A stretch of 32,000 nt of DNA from Seinonella peptonophila (GCF_900129355.1 NZ_FQVL01000001.1:541753-573752); one strand, 5' to 3'; numbered from the stretch's first letter, positions 10,290 to 19,156 are shown. The notes: generated by a model not told the origin, from the letters alone. Translations and numbers: made by a program.

Positions 10290-10895
10290 TTACTCAAACT
10301 CCATTTGTACTTTTTTTGGGTCAATACCCCAAAATTGTTGAAGATCTTTTTGGATTAAATCTTTCAAATGTTGTTGATTTCTTTTCTGTTCTACATTATC
10401 TCTTTGGATAAATGGATCTATTTGAATTGGATCAACTTTCTGATTGGTTGAATTAGGATTTCGTAAAATGAATAAAATTTGATTTAAATGTGGTTGCTGG
10501 TCTTTCCATTCAACCGATATCTCGATCTGTCTGACGAGCTGTGGATAACGTTGATCCAATAATTTTTTTAATTGCTGCTCGAAGTTACTTTTCCAAGTTT
10601 TTATCCACTCATGTTGTTGATTACTTTTTATCTCCTCTGCTTGTCGCTGAATCGTGGCAATGGAAGGTATCGCTGCTTCCTTACTGGCATTTTGATCTCC
10701 TTTTAACAATTGATCTACTGACAATTGATCTGTAAGCAGTTGAAGAATTGGCTGTAAGATTGCTAGAATAATCAATAATCCCAACACCAACTTTACATAA
10801 CGCGATAACGACTGTTGAGGTAGTAATAGATCTATAAAAGTAGCGATCAAGACAAGTAGAATAATCTGCTTTAACCAATCACTGATCCACTCCAT
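10290..10895 (-). CDS. spoIIIAF: Stage III sporulation protein AF
   Basis: The N-terminus MEWISDWLKQIILLVLIATFIDLLLPQQSLSRYVKLVLGLLIILAILQPILQLL parallels B. subtilis SpoIIIAF, and the gene is in the expected operon position. Confidence 0.88.
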   Translation of the reverse strand: MEWISDWLKQIILLVLIATFIDLLLPQQSLSRYVKLVLGLLIILAILQPILQLLTDQLSVDQLLKGDQNASKEAAIPSIATIQRQAEEIKSNQQHEWIKTWKSNFEQQLKKLLDQRYPQLVRQIEISVEWKDQQPHLNQILFILRNPNSTNQKVDPIQIDPFIQRDNVEQKRNQQHLKDLIQKDLQQFWGIDPKKVQMEFE

Positions 10896-10908
10896 TCATT
10901 ACACCTAC

Positions 10909-12096
10909 CTACCGCATCATCACTGCTATGTTTCCAGCACTTACCATGATCGTAATTGCCAAAAAGAACATCAAACCAACGGCGGCTAAAGCCGCAAAGA
11001 CATAAACAAGTGTCCGCCCTATTATTCCAAGACTTTCGATAATGGGGCTATTTCCTAATGGCTGAAGAACAGCGGCAGAAAAATGATAAATCAACGCAAG
11101 TGACAGAATCTTCAGAGCTGGGAAGGCGCAAATCATCAAAAGAATGATAACACCAGCTAAACCTAGCGTATTTTTCACTAACAGCGATGCACCAAGTACA
11201 GTATCTGCTGCATCAGAAATGGTTCGACCGATAACTGGAATAAAGTTTCCTGTTACATATTTAGCGGTACGAATCGCAATCCCATCGGTAACAGCAGCAG
11301 TCGCACCTTGAATCGAAAGGACACCTAAAAAAATCGTTAATGAGCCTCCCAGTAAGGTAATACTGAACTTATTCATCAAGCGTGCCAATTGATCTACTCT
11401 ATATTTATCAGAAATGGTGCTTACAATGCTTAAAATCGTAGAGAAAAAGAAAAATGGTAAAATGACTAAGTAGATCAATAGACTGACAATATGAATCATG
11501 AAGATGATGAAAGGATGAAATAATGCGACTGATGCCAAGTTGCCCATTGAAGCTAATAGTGTTAGTAATAGTGGCACAGAAGCAACCATAAAATCGACCA
11601 TTTGTCCGATTGCTGCCTTCGCTGCGGTGACTGCACTCGAAAAACTTTGGATGGCTAAAATTAATATCACCATAAATACTACAGCATAAGCCACCCGACT
11701 TACTTGGTTTTGTTCAAATGCGGTCTGTAATGTCTGTAAAATCATGCTTAAAACTGTTAGGACAATAATCATCCCTAAAAGCTTGCCATTGTACAAGACT
11801 TCATGTAAAAAATACCGCAGCAAACCCTTTCCAAACTCCGCTAATGAAAATTCTTTACTGTTCATCGATTGTAAGAAGGTAAATATATCCTGGGGTAGTC
11901 CTGCCGAGAAAAACTGTTGGTATTCTTGATGAAAGCGATCCCAAAAATGTTTCATTTCCTGAGTTGGTAAATGATCAAACTGGGAACGGATAAGCGGATC
12001 AATCATTGATTTTCCATCAACTGCTTCGACTGATGCTGGAAATATCAAACTGATGATAAAGAGCAAACCTATTATTAGATTCTTCAAGCTGCTCAT
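10909..12096 (-). CDS. spoIIIAE: Stage III sporulation protein AE
   Basis: 395 aa with a signal peptide (ASVEA) and a polytopic membrane body, in the expected operon position between AD and AF. Confidence 0.9.
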   Translation of the reverse strand: MSSLKNLIIGLLFIISLIFPASVEAVDGKSMIDPLIRSQFDHLPTQEMKHFWDRFHQEYQQFFSAGLPQDIFTFLQSMNSKEFSLAEFGKGLLRYFLHEVLYNGKLLGMIIVLTVLSMILQTLQTAFEQNQVSRVAYAVVFMVILILAIQSFSSAVTAAKAAIGQMVDFMVASVPLLLTLLASMGNLASVALFHPFIIFMIHIVSLLIYLVILPFFFFSTILSIVSTISDKYRVDQLARLMNKFSITLLGGSLTIFLGVLSIQGATAAVTDGIAIRTAKYVTGNFIPVIGRTISDAADTVLGASLLVKNTLGLAGVIILLMICAFPALKILSLALIYHFSAAVLQPLGNSPIIESLGIIGRTLVYVFAALAAVGLMFFLAITIMVSAGNIAVMMR

Positions 12097-12102
12097 CCTT
12101 TG

Positions 12103-12489
12103 TTACGGCAGAATATTAATAATGGTTTCGATGATTGTAATAATAATCGGGATCGCCATGACCATAATTAAAATCTTTCCAGCTAGTTCAATCTTTGCTG
12201 CAATTGTTCCTTGACCTGCATCTCTGGTAACTTGCGCCCCAAACTCAGCAATATAAGCAATACCAATAATCTTCAGGATGGTCTCTAGGAAAAATTGATT
12301 TACCTTTGCTTGATTCGCTAAGTGTGCTAGGACTTTCAGTATTTCAGTTATTTTACCAATCACTGTGAGAAAGATAACAATTCCGACAAAAGTGGCTAGT
12401 AAGAAAGCAAACATCGGTTTTTGCTCTTTGACTAAGAGGATCAGGATGGTGGCCACCACACCCAAACCAACCACCTGAATCATCTCCAA
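12103..12489 (-). CDS. spoIIIAD: Stage III sporulation protein AD
   Basis: VKEQKPMFAFLL...ETILKIIGIAYIAEFGAQVTRDAGQGTIAAKIELAGKILI is near-identical in pattern to B. subtilis SpoIIIAD. Confidence 0.93.
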   Translation of the reverse strand: MEMIQVVGLGVVATILILLVKEQKPMFAFLLATFVGIVIFLTVIGKITEILKVLAHLANQAKVNQFFLETILKIIGIAYIAEFGAQVTRDAGQGTIAAKIELAGKILIMVMAIPIIITIIETIINILP

Positions 12490-12501
12490 GTGATACTCCC
12501 C

Positions 12502-12708
12502 CTAAGAATGAAACAGAAAAACATTCTTAATTGTCTGGAATAAATCGCGAATGAGCATTGCAACCATGAAAAGTACAATGATAAAACCGATTAATGTGAC
12601 CCAATGGGCCCAATCTTCCTTACCCATTTGTTTTAAAATTGTGTGAATCATTGCGACAATGATCCCAATCCCAGCAATTTGAAATACTGCGTCTACATTG
12701 TAAGGCAT
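12502..12708 (-). CDS. spoIIIAC: Stage III sporulation protein AC
   Basis: 68 aa; VFQIAGIGIIVAMIHTILKQMGKEDWAHWVTLIGFIIVLFMVA matches the SpoIIIAC pattern. Confidence 0.92.
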   Translation of the reverse strand: MPYNVDAVFQIAGIGIIVAMIHTILKQMGKEDWAHWVTLIGFIIVLFMVAMLIRDLFQTIKNVFLFHS

Positions 12709-12720
12709 GGGCTCTCCTCC

Positions 12721-13239
12721 TCAATAAAGCAATATCACAACTAATACGCCGCCTAGAACGCCCATTGTTCGAAACATCTTTTCATATTGTTCTTGCTCTA
12801 ATCGAGCCTTCTCTTCTACAACTTGTAACTGCTCTTTTGCACGGTCTATATGTTGAATTTGATCCAATCGATCTGATCGACCTAATACAGAGCATAAATC
12901 AAGAAAAATCTCTTTCTCAGTCCCTTTCAAAGATGTCTGACCCCATACTTGACGAATCGCTTTATGAAAACAATGATAAGTTGTGTCGCCTTCGTTTTTT
13001 TGAAGCTCTTCATAACTAAATCGAAAGATATCCGCAATCTTGTCGATCTCCCGCACGGAAATTAGTTTACAAATTTCAAATAGCGGACGATTTCCATACT
13101 GAATCTCTGATCGTAATAGTGAGAATGCGGTTAGCAATTGGCGTATTTGCTTTGGTCTTTGTCGCACCTGCATGGCCAGGTGAAATCCAAGCCAAGTGCT
13201 AGTAAGGACTGTAATGAAAGAACCGACTAGTTTCAGCAT
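12721..13239 (-). CDS. spoIIIAB: Stage III sporulation protein AB
   Basis: MLKLVGSFITVLTSTWLGF...RPKQIRQL...LRSEIQYG parallels B. subtilis SpoIIIAB. It overlaps spoIIIAA by 7 nt. Confidence 0.9.
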   Translation of the reverse strand: MLKLVGSFITVLTSTWLGFHLAMQVRQRPKQIRQLLTAFSLLRSEIQYGNRPLFEICKLISVREIDKIADIFRFSYEELQKNEGDTTYHCFHKAIRQVWGQTSLKGTEKEIFLDLCSVLGRSDRLDQIQHIDRAKEQLQVVEEKARLEQEQYEKMFRTMGVLGGVLVVILLY

Positions 13240-14234
13240 GATTGACTCACCATCGTTTGAACGTATTCAATCTTTTGTAGCTGATTGTCATAAATGGTCG
13301 AGATGGTTCCAGGTCCTTTGGAACGATCCAAAAAGATATAGTAAGAGAATATCCTCTCTGCTATTAAAGAGCGTAATATAGGTCGTTTTGTTACATCAGT
13401 AATTCTTGAGCCATGGAGTGTTGCAATGAGACGAACGCCTGTGTATACAGCCTCTTGAATTGCCCGTCCATCTTCTTCACGACCCAATTCATCGACAATT
13501 AATAGATCAGGTGACATGGAACGAATCATCATCATCATTCCCTCAGCTTTTGGGCAAGCATCTAACACATCAGTTCTTAATCCTACATCAAATTGAGGAA
13601 CGCCATGAAGACATCCTGCAATCTCCGAACGTTCATCAATAATGGCTACTTTATGATGGTTGCCCACTATTCTTGCTAAATCGCGAATACAAGTTGTTTT
13701 CCCGCATTGAGGCGGAGCTACTATCATAATATTCTGCAATCCATCTTTATTATAGATGTAAGGAATGAAATGCTGCCCAGCTCCCTTTACTTCACGAGCG
13801 ACTCGAATGTTAAAATGCGTAATATCTCGTAAATGGGTTACCTTGCCATCTTGCAAAATGGCTTTCCCAGTAATCCCTACTCGATGACCTCCTGAAATGG
13901 TGATATATCCCTTCTGCAATTCTTCTTCAAGAGTATAGAGAGAATGTTGGCTTACTAAATTTAGAAATCGCTGACATATTTCCGGTGTCGCAATCATGGC
14001 ATCGATAGGTGATTGGGAGAGTATTCGTTGATCTTGCTTGATATAAAAGACACCATCTGTGAAGATCAGTTCAATCGGTCGAAGCTGACGGAGCCGCACT
14101 TCTTCTAATTGTTGCTGTTTTCCTTTTTCGAGGGATAAAATCACATGTCGGACAACTTCTGGAAAAATCGCAACTAACTGTTGATTGATGATTACACCCC
14201 CTGTCCACCTTTTACCTCCAATCTTATGGAGCAT
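13233..14234 (-). CDS. spoIIIAA: Stage III sporulation protein AA (secretion-ATPase-like)
   Basis: Walker A motif APPQCGKTT and Walker B-like motif LLIVDELG. It is the first gene of the spoIIIA operon, with an AAAGGAA SD before ATG 14234. Confidence 0.9.
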   Translation of the reverse strand: MLHKIGGKRWTGGVIINQQLVAIFPEVVRHVILSLEKGKQQQLEEVRLRQLRPIELIFTDGVFYIKQDQRILSQSPIDAMIATPEICQRFLNLVSQHSLYTLEEELQKGYITISGGHRVGITGKAILQDGKVTHLRDITHFNIRVAREVKGAGQHFIPYIYNKDGLQNIMIVAPPQCGKTTCIRDLARIVGNHHKVAIIDERSEIAGCLHGVPQFDVGLRTDVLDACPKAEGMMMMIRSMSPDLLIVDELGREEDGRAIQEAVYTGVRLIATLHGSRITDVTKRPILRSLIAERIFSYYIFLDRSKGPGTISTIYDNQLQKIEYVQTMVSQSC

Positions 14235-14283
14235 GTGATTCCTTTATTCCATTAATTGTGATAATTATTCCCATTTTGTGCAT

Positions 14284-14313
14284 TTGCTTCAATTCTCAAT
14301 TCAGTAGTATAAT
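14284..14313 (+). promoter_or_regulatory. Candidate sigmaA-type promoter reading into the GC-rich cassette
   Basis: TTGCTT (14284-14289), an 18-nt spacer, then TATAAT (14308-14313). It lies in AT-rich host-like DNA, divergent from spoIIIAA. The predicted transcription start is near 14320. Confidence 0.4.
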
Positions 14314-14325
14314 AAATTCAAACCA

Positions 14326-14475
14326 ATGTCCATTTCTGCCCGTACACAACAGCGTCATTGGACGATGGTAACCAATGTTCGTCTACCGGGTAGAGCCAAG
14401 CATACACGCTTGATGCTACCAGAATTGGAGGTCTTTGACCGAATCTTAGGGCATTTTAACGATCAATTCATTTAG
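14326..14475 (+). CDS. Candidate 49-codon sORF in the leader (hypothetical; below the ORF-track size cut-off)
   Basis: My own translation is MSISARTQQRHWTMVTNVRLPGRAKHTRLMLPELEVFDRILGHFNDQFI, with a TAG stop at 14473-14475. There is no SD, and the ATG is only ~5 nt from the predicted transcription start (near-leaderless). Coding status is unproven. Confidence 0.2.
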   Translation: MSISARTQQRHWTMVTNVRLPGRAKHTRLMLPELEVFDRILGHFNDQFI

Positions 14476-14501
14476 TCAATCAGTTTCAACGATGGGAAAA
14501 C

Positions 14502-15017
14502 ATGTCATCCTCTTACTACGACTTCTCGGAGAATCCGGGATCCCAACAACAGGGTCGTCTGATGCCCTCGCCCATCCGTGAGTGGGCGGGTCGCATCTGG
14601 AAGAGCCTTCAACCGCTCGCCAACAGGCAGATGACGCTGGAGGAGTTCACTCTGGTCACCCGTCAACTCTACCCGTTTCCTTGCGGGCACGAGCTGACGG
14701 AGGCAAAAAAGCAGAGCATCTCCGGTGAACTCAAGAAGGAGCCGCTGCGGGAGTTCTACCAGGGACAGGAGTGGATCGAGTTCGACCCCAACTGGAAGCA
14801 GGTCTCCCCGAGCCCGCTCACCTATGAAGTGGGTGAGCTGCGATTCGGCTGGAAGTGCTGCCAGGAGGTGAATCTGAAGGTCGTCATCCACCTCTCCCAG
14901 AAGAAGCTGACGATGAAGGTCACCTCCGAGGTCGACGGGGAAGAGCCGTACCTCCCCCAGATCTACGAGGTCACCAAGGAGGAGAAGGGAAACATCTCCT
15001 TCGATCTGACGAACTGA
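14502..15017 (+). CDS. Orphan 171-aa hypothetical protein with foreign, G/C-ending codon usage
   Basis: The long ORF has codon third positions that are almost all G or C (CTG, GAG, AAG, ATC, GTC, ACC, TTC, TAC), unlike every neighbouring gene. A 128-aa antisense shadow ORF is typical of GC-rich coding sequence. No signal peptide, TM segment or motif that I recognise. The RBS is weak (GGGAAAAC before the ATG). Confidence 0.7.
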   Translation: MSSSYYDFSENPGSQQQGRLMPSPIREWAGRIWKSLQPLANRQMTLEEFTLVTRQLYPFPCGHELTEAKKQSISGELKKEPLREFYQGQEWIEFDPNWKQVSPSPLTYEVGELRFGWKCCQEVNLKVVIHLSQKKLTMKVTSEVDGEEPYLPQIYEVTKEEKGNISFDLTN

Positions 15018-15037
15018 TCAACTGATCGCCGCCCATC

Positions 15038-15075
15038 CGACCGCCCCCCGGAGCAGCTGCTCCGGGGGGCGGTCG
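15038..15075. terminator. 38-nt perfect GC-rich palindrome between convergent genes (likely bidirectional terminator hairpin)
   Basis: CGACCGCCCCCCGGAGCAG|CTGCTCCGGGGGGCGGTCG is exactly self-complementary (verified base by base). It lies 20 nt after the GC-rich ORF's stop and 3 nt from the stop of the minus-strand zinc-ribbon gene. Only a weak T-tract (TCTTTAT) follows on the plus strand. Confidence 0.6.
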
Positions 15076-15078
15076 TCT

Positions 15079-15444
15079 TTATGATTCGCTATCTTTTTTG
15101 TCCTCCTCTGGAAAAAGCTCATGATGACAATTGGGACAGAGGAGCGCAAGATCATCATCCTCTAAGTCATCCTCATCAACCAATACCTCTTCTCCACAAT
15201 TTGGACATGTAATTGAATATTGATCATCATAAATCTCTAATTCAAGTTCGTTTAAATCTTCATCGATTGCCTCTGTATACTCTTCTAGTTCAGTTTGTCG
15301 CAATTGTAAGTGTTCCTGTTCCTTGACAAGTTCCTCCTGTAAATCAAGCAAACGTTTTAATATGAGGTATTCATGGCTTTCCTTATTCTTACATCCTGCT
15401 AACATCCCTTGAAGATAGGCAACCTCTCGCTGTAAATGTTGCAA
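15079..15444 (-). CDS. Coiled-coil plus C-terminal zinc-ribbon protein (resembles the family annotated 'CD1247 N-terminal domain-containing protein')
   Basis: N-terminal VAYLQGMLAG motif, an acidic coiled coil, then CPNCGEEV...CPNCHHEL (CxxC...CxxC). TTG start with an AAAGGAG SD 9 nt upstream. Confidence 0.7.
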   Translation of the reverse strand: MQHLQREVAYLQGMLAGCKNKESHEYLILKRLLDLQEELVKEQEHLQLRQTELEEYTEAIDEDLNELELEIYDDQYSITCPNCGEEVLVDEDDLEDDDLALLCPNCHHELFPEEDKKDSES

Positions 15445-15621
15445 ATGAGACCACTCCTTTGCACTTCATCGATATTAGGAATAGTGTCACCGCTTATTCC
15501 AGAAACAGTCGAAACAATTATTGGCAAATTGATTTTAAGAGAATTTGATGGTCGTTATTTTATTTGCATTGGATGAAAAAATGGGGAAATGGGGCAAGCT
15601 ATGGCAAAAGGAGGAAGCTTT

Positions 15622-16890
15622 ATGGAGCAAAGCGTTAAACAATCAACTGGATCACCAAAACCGGTCACTCTGTGGATTTTAAGTATGATTCCTATCTTAA
15701 TGGTATTGGGCAATTCTATGATTATCCCAGTACTTCCTACTATTCGTTCGATTTATCATGTTAGTTCTTTTCAAGTAAGCCTATTAATCACGCTTTTTTC
15801 AATTCCCGCTGCATTCATTATTCCCATTGCTGGAATTCTTTCAGATCGAATTGGCAGAAAAAAAGTGATCATTGTTAGTCTGATCATTTACGGTATAGGA
15901 GGGTTATTCTCGGCTGGTGTTGCGATCTGGAGTAAAGATTCCTTTATGCTTTTGCTGCTTTCAAGAATTATACAAGGGATTGGAGCAGCAGGAACAGCAC
16001 CCGTTGCAATGGTTTTAGCAAGTGATCTCTACAAAGAGGAAGAAAGAGGGAAAGCGCTTGGAATCATAGAAGCTGCCAATGCAGCAGGTAAAGTGCTCAG
16101 CCCCATTGTTGGTGCTCTCTTAGCCACATTGATCTGGTATGCCATGTTCTTTGCTTTTCCCATTTTAACGATCCCTTTGGTTTTTCTCCTGATCAAATAT
16201 GTAACAGATGCACCGCTAAAAAATGTTCCAAAGCTAGCCCAATATCGGAAATCGATTCAGAAAATTTTTTATCGACAGGGACGCTGGCTTTACGTTGTCT
16301 TCTTTGTCGGACTCGTCACGATGTTTACCATGTTTGGTGTACTCTTCTACTTTTCTGAATACCTAGAACAAAAATTTAAGTTAGCTGGAATGATGAAGGG
16401 ATTTATTTTAGCCATTCCATTACTTGGATTAGGATTTACAGCTTATTGGACAGGGTCACATATAAAAGAACGAACTCGAAAAATGAAACATATAATTTGG
16501 ATTGGGCTTCTTCTATTGACAATCTGTACGACTCTACTAATCTGGATTCATCAGTTTTATTTATTACTTGCTATTTTATTAGGTATTGGGATTAGTAGTG
16601 GACTTATTATGCCTTGTCTGAATACGTTGATCACTTCTTCTATTGGGATGAAAGAACGCGGTTTAATCACTTCTTTTTATAGTAGTGTCCGTTTTCTTGG
16701 TGTTGCTCTAGGACCTCCTATCTTTGGTGCATTGACAAAACATCCTTACTTGCTTTTTCTAGGTACAGCTTCTGCACAAGTGATCGCAATCCTGCTCGTT
16801 CTATTTCGTTTACGGCAACCTCAAAGATTACGGGGAAAAGGAGAACGATCTCGTCTTTATCTCCATAAAAATCATTTTCAGTCAACTTAA
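15622..16890 (+). CDS. MFS transporter (12-TM drug/solute exporter type)
   Basis: Polytopic hydrophobic profile, with MFS motif [13 protein letters not shown] between TM2 and TM3. ATG 15622 sits 7 nt after a perfect AAGGAGG, so the in-frame track start at 15589 is probably an over-extension. Confidence 0.85.
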   Translation: MEQSVKQSTGSPKPVTLWILSMIPILMVLGNSMIIPVLPTIRSIYHVSSFQVSLLITLFSIPAAFIIPIAGILSDRIGRKKVIIVSLIIYGIGGLFSAGVAIWSKDSFMLLLLSRIIQGIGAAGTAPVAMVLASDLYKEEERGKALGIIEAANAAGKVLSPIVGALLATLIWYAMFFAFPILTIPLVFLLIKYVTDAPLKNVPKLAQYRKSIQKIFYRQGRWLYVVFFVGLVTMFTMFGVLFYFSEYLEQKFKLAGMMKGFILAIPLLGLGFTAYWTGSHIKERTRKMKHIIWIGLLLLTICTTLLIWIHQFYLLLAILLGIGISSGLIMPCLNTLITSSIGMKERGLITSFYSSVRFLGVALGPPIFGALTKHPYLLFLGTASAQVIAILLVLFRLRQPQRLRGKGERSRLYLHKNHFQST

Positions 16891-16955
16891 TATTACTAAA
16901 CTTGTCCGCGCTCGCATACTCCTATATGGAACGAGGAGAATTGGAGGAAATAGAG

Positions 16956-17411
16956 ATGCGCGGAGAGCTTCTATTAGTCATTTTAATTATAATAGGTCTC
17001 GTGGGTCGATCACCCTTGATCGCTACTGCTGCGAGTCTCTTACTCATTCTTAAACTCGTTCATCTGGAACATTATTTTCCATCTGTCGAACGACGTGGTC
17101 TAGAGTTAGGCCTACTTTTTTTAACATTAGCTGTCCTCGTTCCCTTCGCTACAGGGCGTATTACATGGAATGAAATCTATACTGTCTTTACTTCAATACC
17201 TGGAATTCTGGCCCTCTTAGGTGGTGCAATCGCTACATATATGAACGGCAAAGGGCTTGACCTATTAAAAATCGATCCACAGTTAACCGTAGGAATGGTT
17301 CTGGGATCGATCTTTGGCATCCTTTTTTTGCGCGGGATTCCAGTTGGGCCATTGATGGCGGCTGGATTAACCGCACTATTTCTAAAACTAGCCTATTACC
17401 TTTTCGAATAA
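16956..17411 (+). CDS. UPF0756/DUF441 family membrane protein
   Basis: 151 aa with four hydrophobic helices. [30 protein letters not shown] is typical of the YtwI-like DUF441 family. ATG 16956 is preceded by GGAGG 8 nt upstream. Confidence 0.75.
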   Translation: MRGELLLVILIIIGLVGRSPLIATAASLLLILKLVHLEHYFPSVERRGLELGLLFLTLAVLVPFATGRITWNEIYTVFTSIPGILALLGGAIATYMNGKGLDLLKIDPQLTVGMVLGSIFGILFLRGIPVGPLMAAGLTALFLKLAYYLFE

Positions 17412-17423
17412 AACAGAAACGAT

Positions 17424-18566
17424 TTATTGTTCAGGATTTGCTTGTTGACGACTGCGAGTCATCTGTTGCCAAACAGTTCCACTCGCTGCCTCACCTTTTT
17501 CAATCCGTTCCAATGCGATTTGAGTCTGCATCCTGACCTCAAATTCGGGGTCTTCTAAAGCCTTTTGTAATGCTGGAATCGCTCGTTCATCCCCCACTTC
17601 AAATAAGAATCGTGCTGCTCGCCAACGAACCAATTTATTACGATCAGACAAGGCATCAGACATAGCAGGAACAGCTTTTGGCGAACCTAAGTCTGAAAGG
17701 CAATCTCCTGCCGTTCTTCTCACCATTGGTGATGAATCGGTTAATGCTTGACAAAGCAATGGAAGAGCAATCTCATCCTCAAAATAGCCTAAAATCACAA
17801 CAGCTTGGCGACGAATTGACATCTTCTGATCCTTTAATGCTCGTTCTAAGACGGGCATTGATGCAGGCTCTGGTTCTAATTGATCAAGAGCGCGATATCG
17901 AGTCTCCCAATCAGGCGCATCCATCGCTGCTTTGATTTGATCCAGAGTCATTTTAGGTTCTGGTTCTACATTCTGCTGTGCTGATCGTATAATTAATTGT
18001 TGTAGCCGTGTATCATTATATGTAGCTTCCAATTCAGCGACTACTTGCTCACCAACTTGTTCTAAATCGCCATAACGAGGTCGTTGTACTACCCATTTTC
18101 GTTCAAAAATATGATTCGATACATTCTTTTGCACTTCCAGCACAGCTTCTGTAAATCGATTTGATAATCCAAATCGGCGTTCCTCATCACTTCGGCGTAA
18201 TTTCACTTGTAAAGGAATTCCCTTTAACTGTTGTACCTCAACCGTGATTTCAAGATATGATGGATCTATTTCAGTTTCCTTTGCATCGGTTTCAGTCGAA
18301 CGGTGTTCTACATCACCTAATGCGTTTCTTGCTGCACTCAGTATCTGTTGCCAATCTGCCTTTGGATGACGTTCCAATGATATAAAATCAAGCACTTGAA
18401 ACACACCTGTAACTCCATCAATCTCTAATAAACGCCGTAAGTAATCGGGAGCACCATCTTTCTCCTGCTTCTGGAACTGAAGATTTTTCCCTTCAGGTAG
18501 GGATTGATCAAGGTTTAGCTTCATTGCATTTGGACTTGGCGTTGGTTCAATGGATAGAATCTTCAA
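17424..18566 (-). CDS. Nfu_N-domain / HEAT-repeat protein (conserved 'virulence factor C' family, YpgR-like)
   Basis: The N-terminus MKILSIEPTPSPNAMKLNLD resembles the scaffold Nfu/NifU N-terminal domain. The C-terminal half has repeated HEAT/PBS-lyase-like units (MSIRRQAVVILG, SPMVRRTAGDCLSDLG, NKLVRWRAARFL, EFEVRMQTQIAL). Confidence 0.7.
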   Translation of the reverse strand: MKILSIEPTPSPNAMKLNLDQSLPEGKNLQFQKQEKDGAPDYLRRLLEIDGVTGVFQVLDFISLERHPKADWQQILSAARNALGDVEHRSTETDAKETEIDPSYLEITVEVQQLKGIPLQVKLRRSDEERRFGLSNRFTEAVLEVQKNVSNHIFERKWVVQRPRYGDLEQVGEQVVAELEATYNDTRLQQLIIRSAQQNVEPEPKMTLDQIKAAMDAPDWETRYRALDQLEPEPASMPVLERALKDQKMSIRRQAVVILGYFEDEIALPLLCQALTDSSPMVRRTAGDCLSDLGSPKAVPAMSDALSDRNKLVRWRAARFLFEVGDERAIPALQKALEDPEFEVRMQTQIALERIEKGEAASGTVWQQMTRSRQQANPEQ

Positions 18567-18598
18567 TTCCCCACACCTCCCATAAAAATCAGTCGATA

Positions 18599-19156
18599 TT
18601 ATGCCCTTGAAATATAGTCACCACTTCTAGTATCGATGATTAAACGATCTCCTATATTGATAAAAAGTGGAACCTGAACTACATAACCTGTTGATAGCGT
18701 TGCCGGCTTACTACCTCCTGTTGCCGTATCACCACGAATCCCAGGGTCAGTTTCAACCACTTCAAGTTCTACAGAATTGGGTAACTGAACCCCTAAAATT
18801 TCATTTTTAAAGATGACAAGACTTACATTCATATTTTCTTGTAAAAAATTAAGTTCATATTCAAGTTGTTCACGAGACAGTGTAGTCTGCTCATATGTTT
18901 CATTATCCATAAAAGTATATTCGCCGCCACTTTCATAAAGATACTGCATTTGTCTTGTTTCAACTAGTGCTTTTGGCACTTTTTCCCCTGCACGAAAAGT
19001 ACGTTCAGCGATATTACCATTACGGAGATTCCGTAACTTTGAACGTACAAATGCAGCTCCTTTACCAGGCTTTACGTGCTGGAACTCGATTACTTGCCAG
19101 ACATCTCCATTTAGTTCAATTGTTAATCCTGTTCGAAAGTCGTTTACGCTGATCAT
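18599..19156 (-). CDS. efp: Translation elongation factor P
   Basis: [47 protein letters not shown] is canonical EF-P. ATG 19156 follows GGAGGAATAAAG, and the track start at 19177 is an over-extension. Confidence 0.96.
   Translation of the reverse strand: MISVNDFRTGLTIELNGDVWQVIEFQHVKPGKGAAFVRSKLRNLRNGNIAERTFRAGEKVPKALVETRQMQYLYESGGEYTFMDNETYEQTTLSREQLEYELNFLQENMNVSLVIFKNEILGVQLPNSVELEVVETDPGIRGDTATGGSKPATLSTGYVVQVPLFINIGDRLIIDTRSGDYISRA

Noticed and set aside
14235-14330. SigmaE-type promoter for spoIIIA (weak CACAAAAT -10-like and GAATTG -35-like matches on the minus strand)
   Set aside because: The matches to the kmATATT / CATACA-T consensus are too weak to place a feature. The promoter is expected here from B. 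subtilis biology, but I cannot pin it down.
14359-14385. Possible fluoride-riboswitch-like start (GACGAUGG....UCGUC) or another known riboswitch in the leader
   Set aside because: Only the first helix looks superficially similar. The loop is 13 nt rather than the compact conserved loop, and I could not find the downstream conserved segments of the fluoride, T-box, SAM, preQ1, c-di-GMP or ykkC motifs as I remember them.
14505-14891. 128-aa minus-strand ORF antisense to the GC-rich gene
   Set aside because: This is the classic shadow ORF of GC-rich coding DNA. The G/C third-position periodicity fits the plus-strand frame, and the antisense product is low-complexity and Leu/Arg/Gly-rich, with no RBS.
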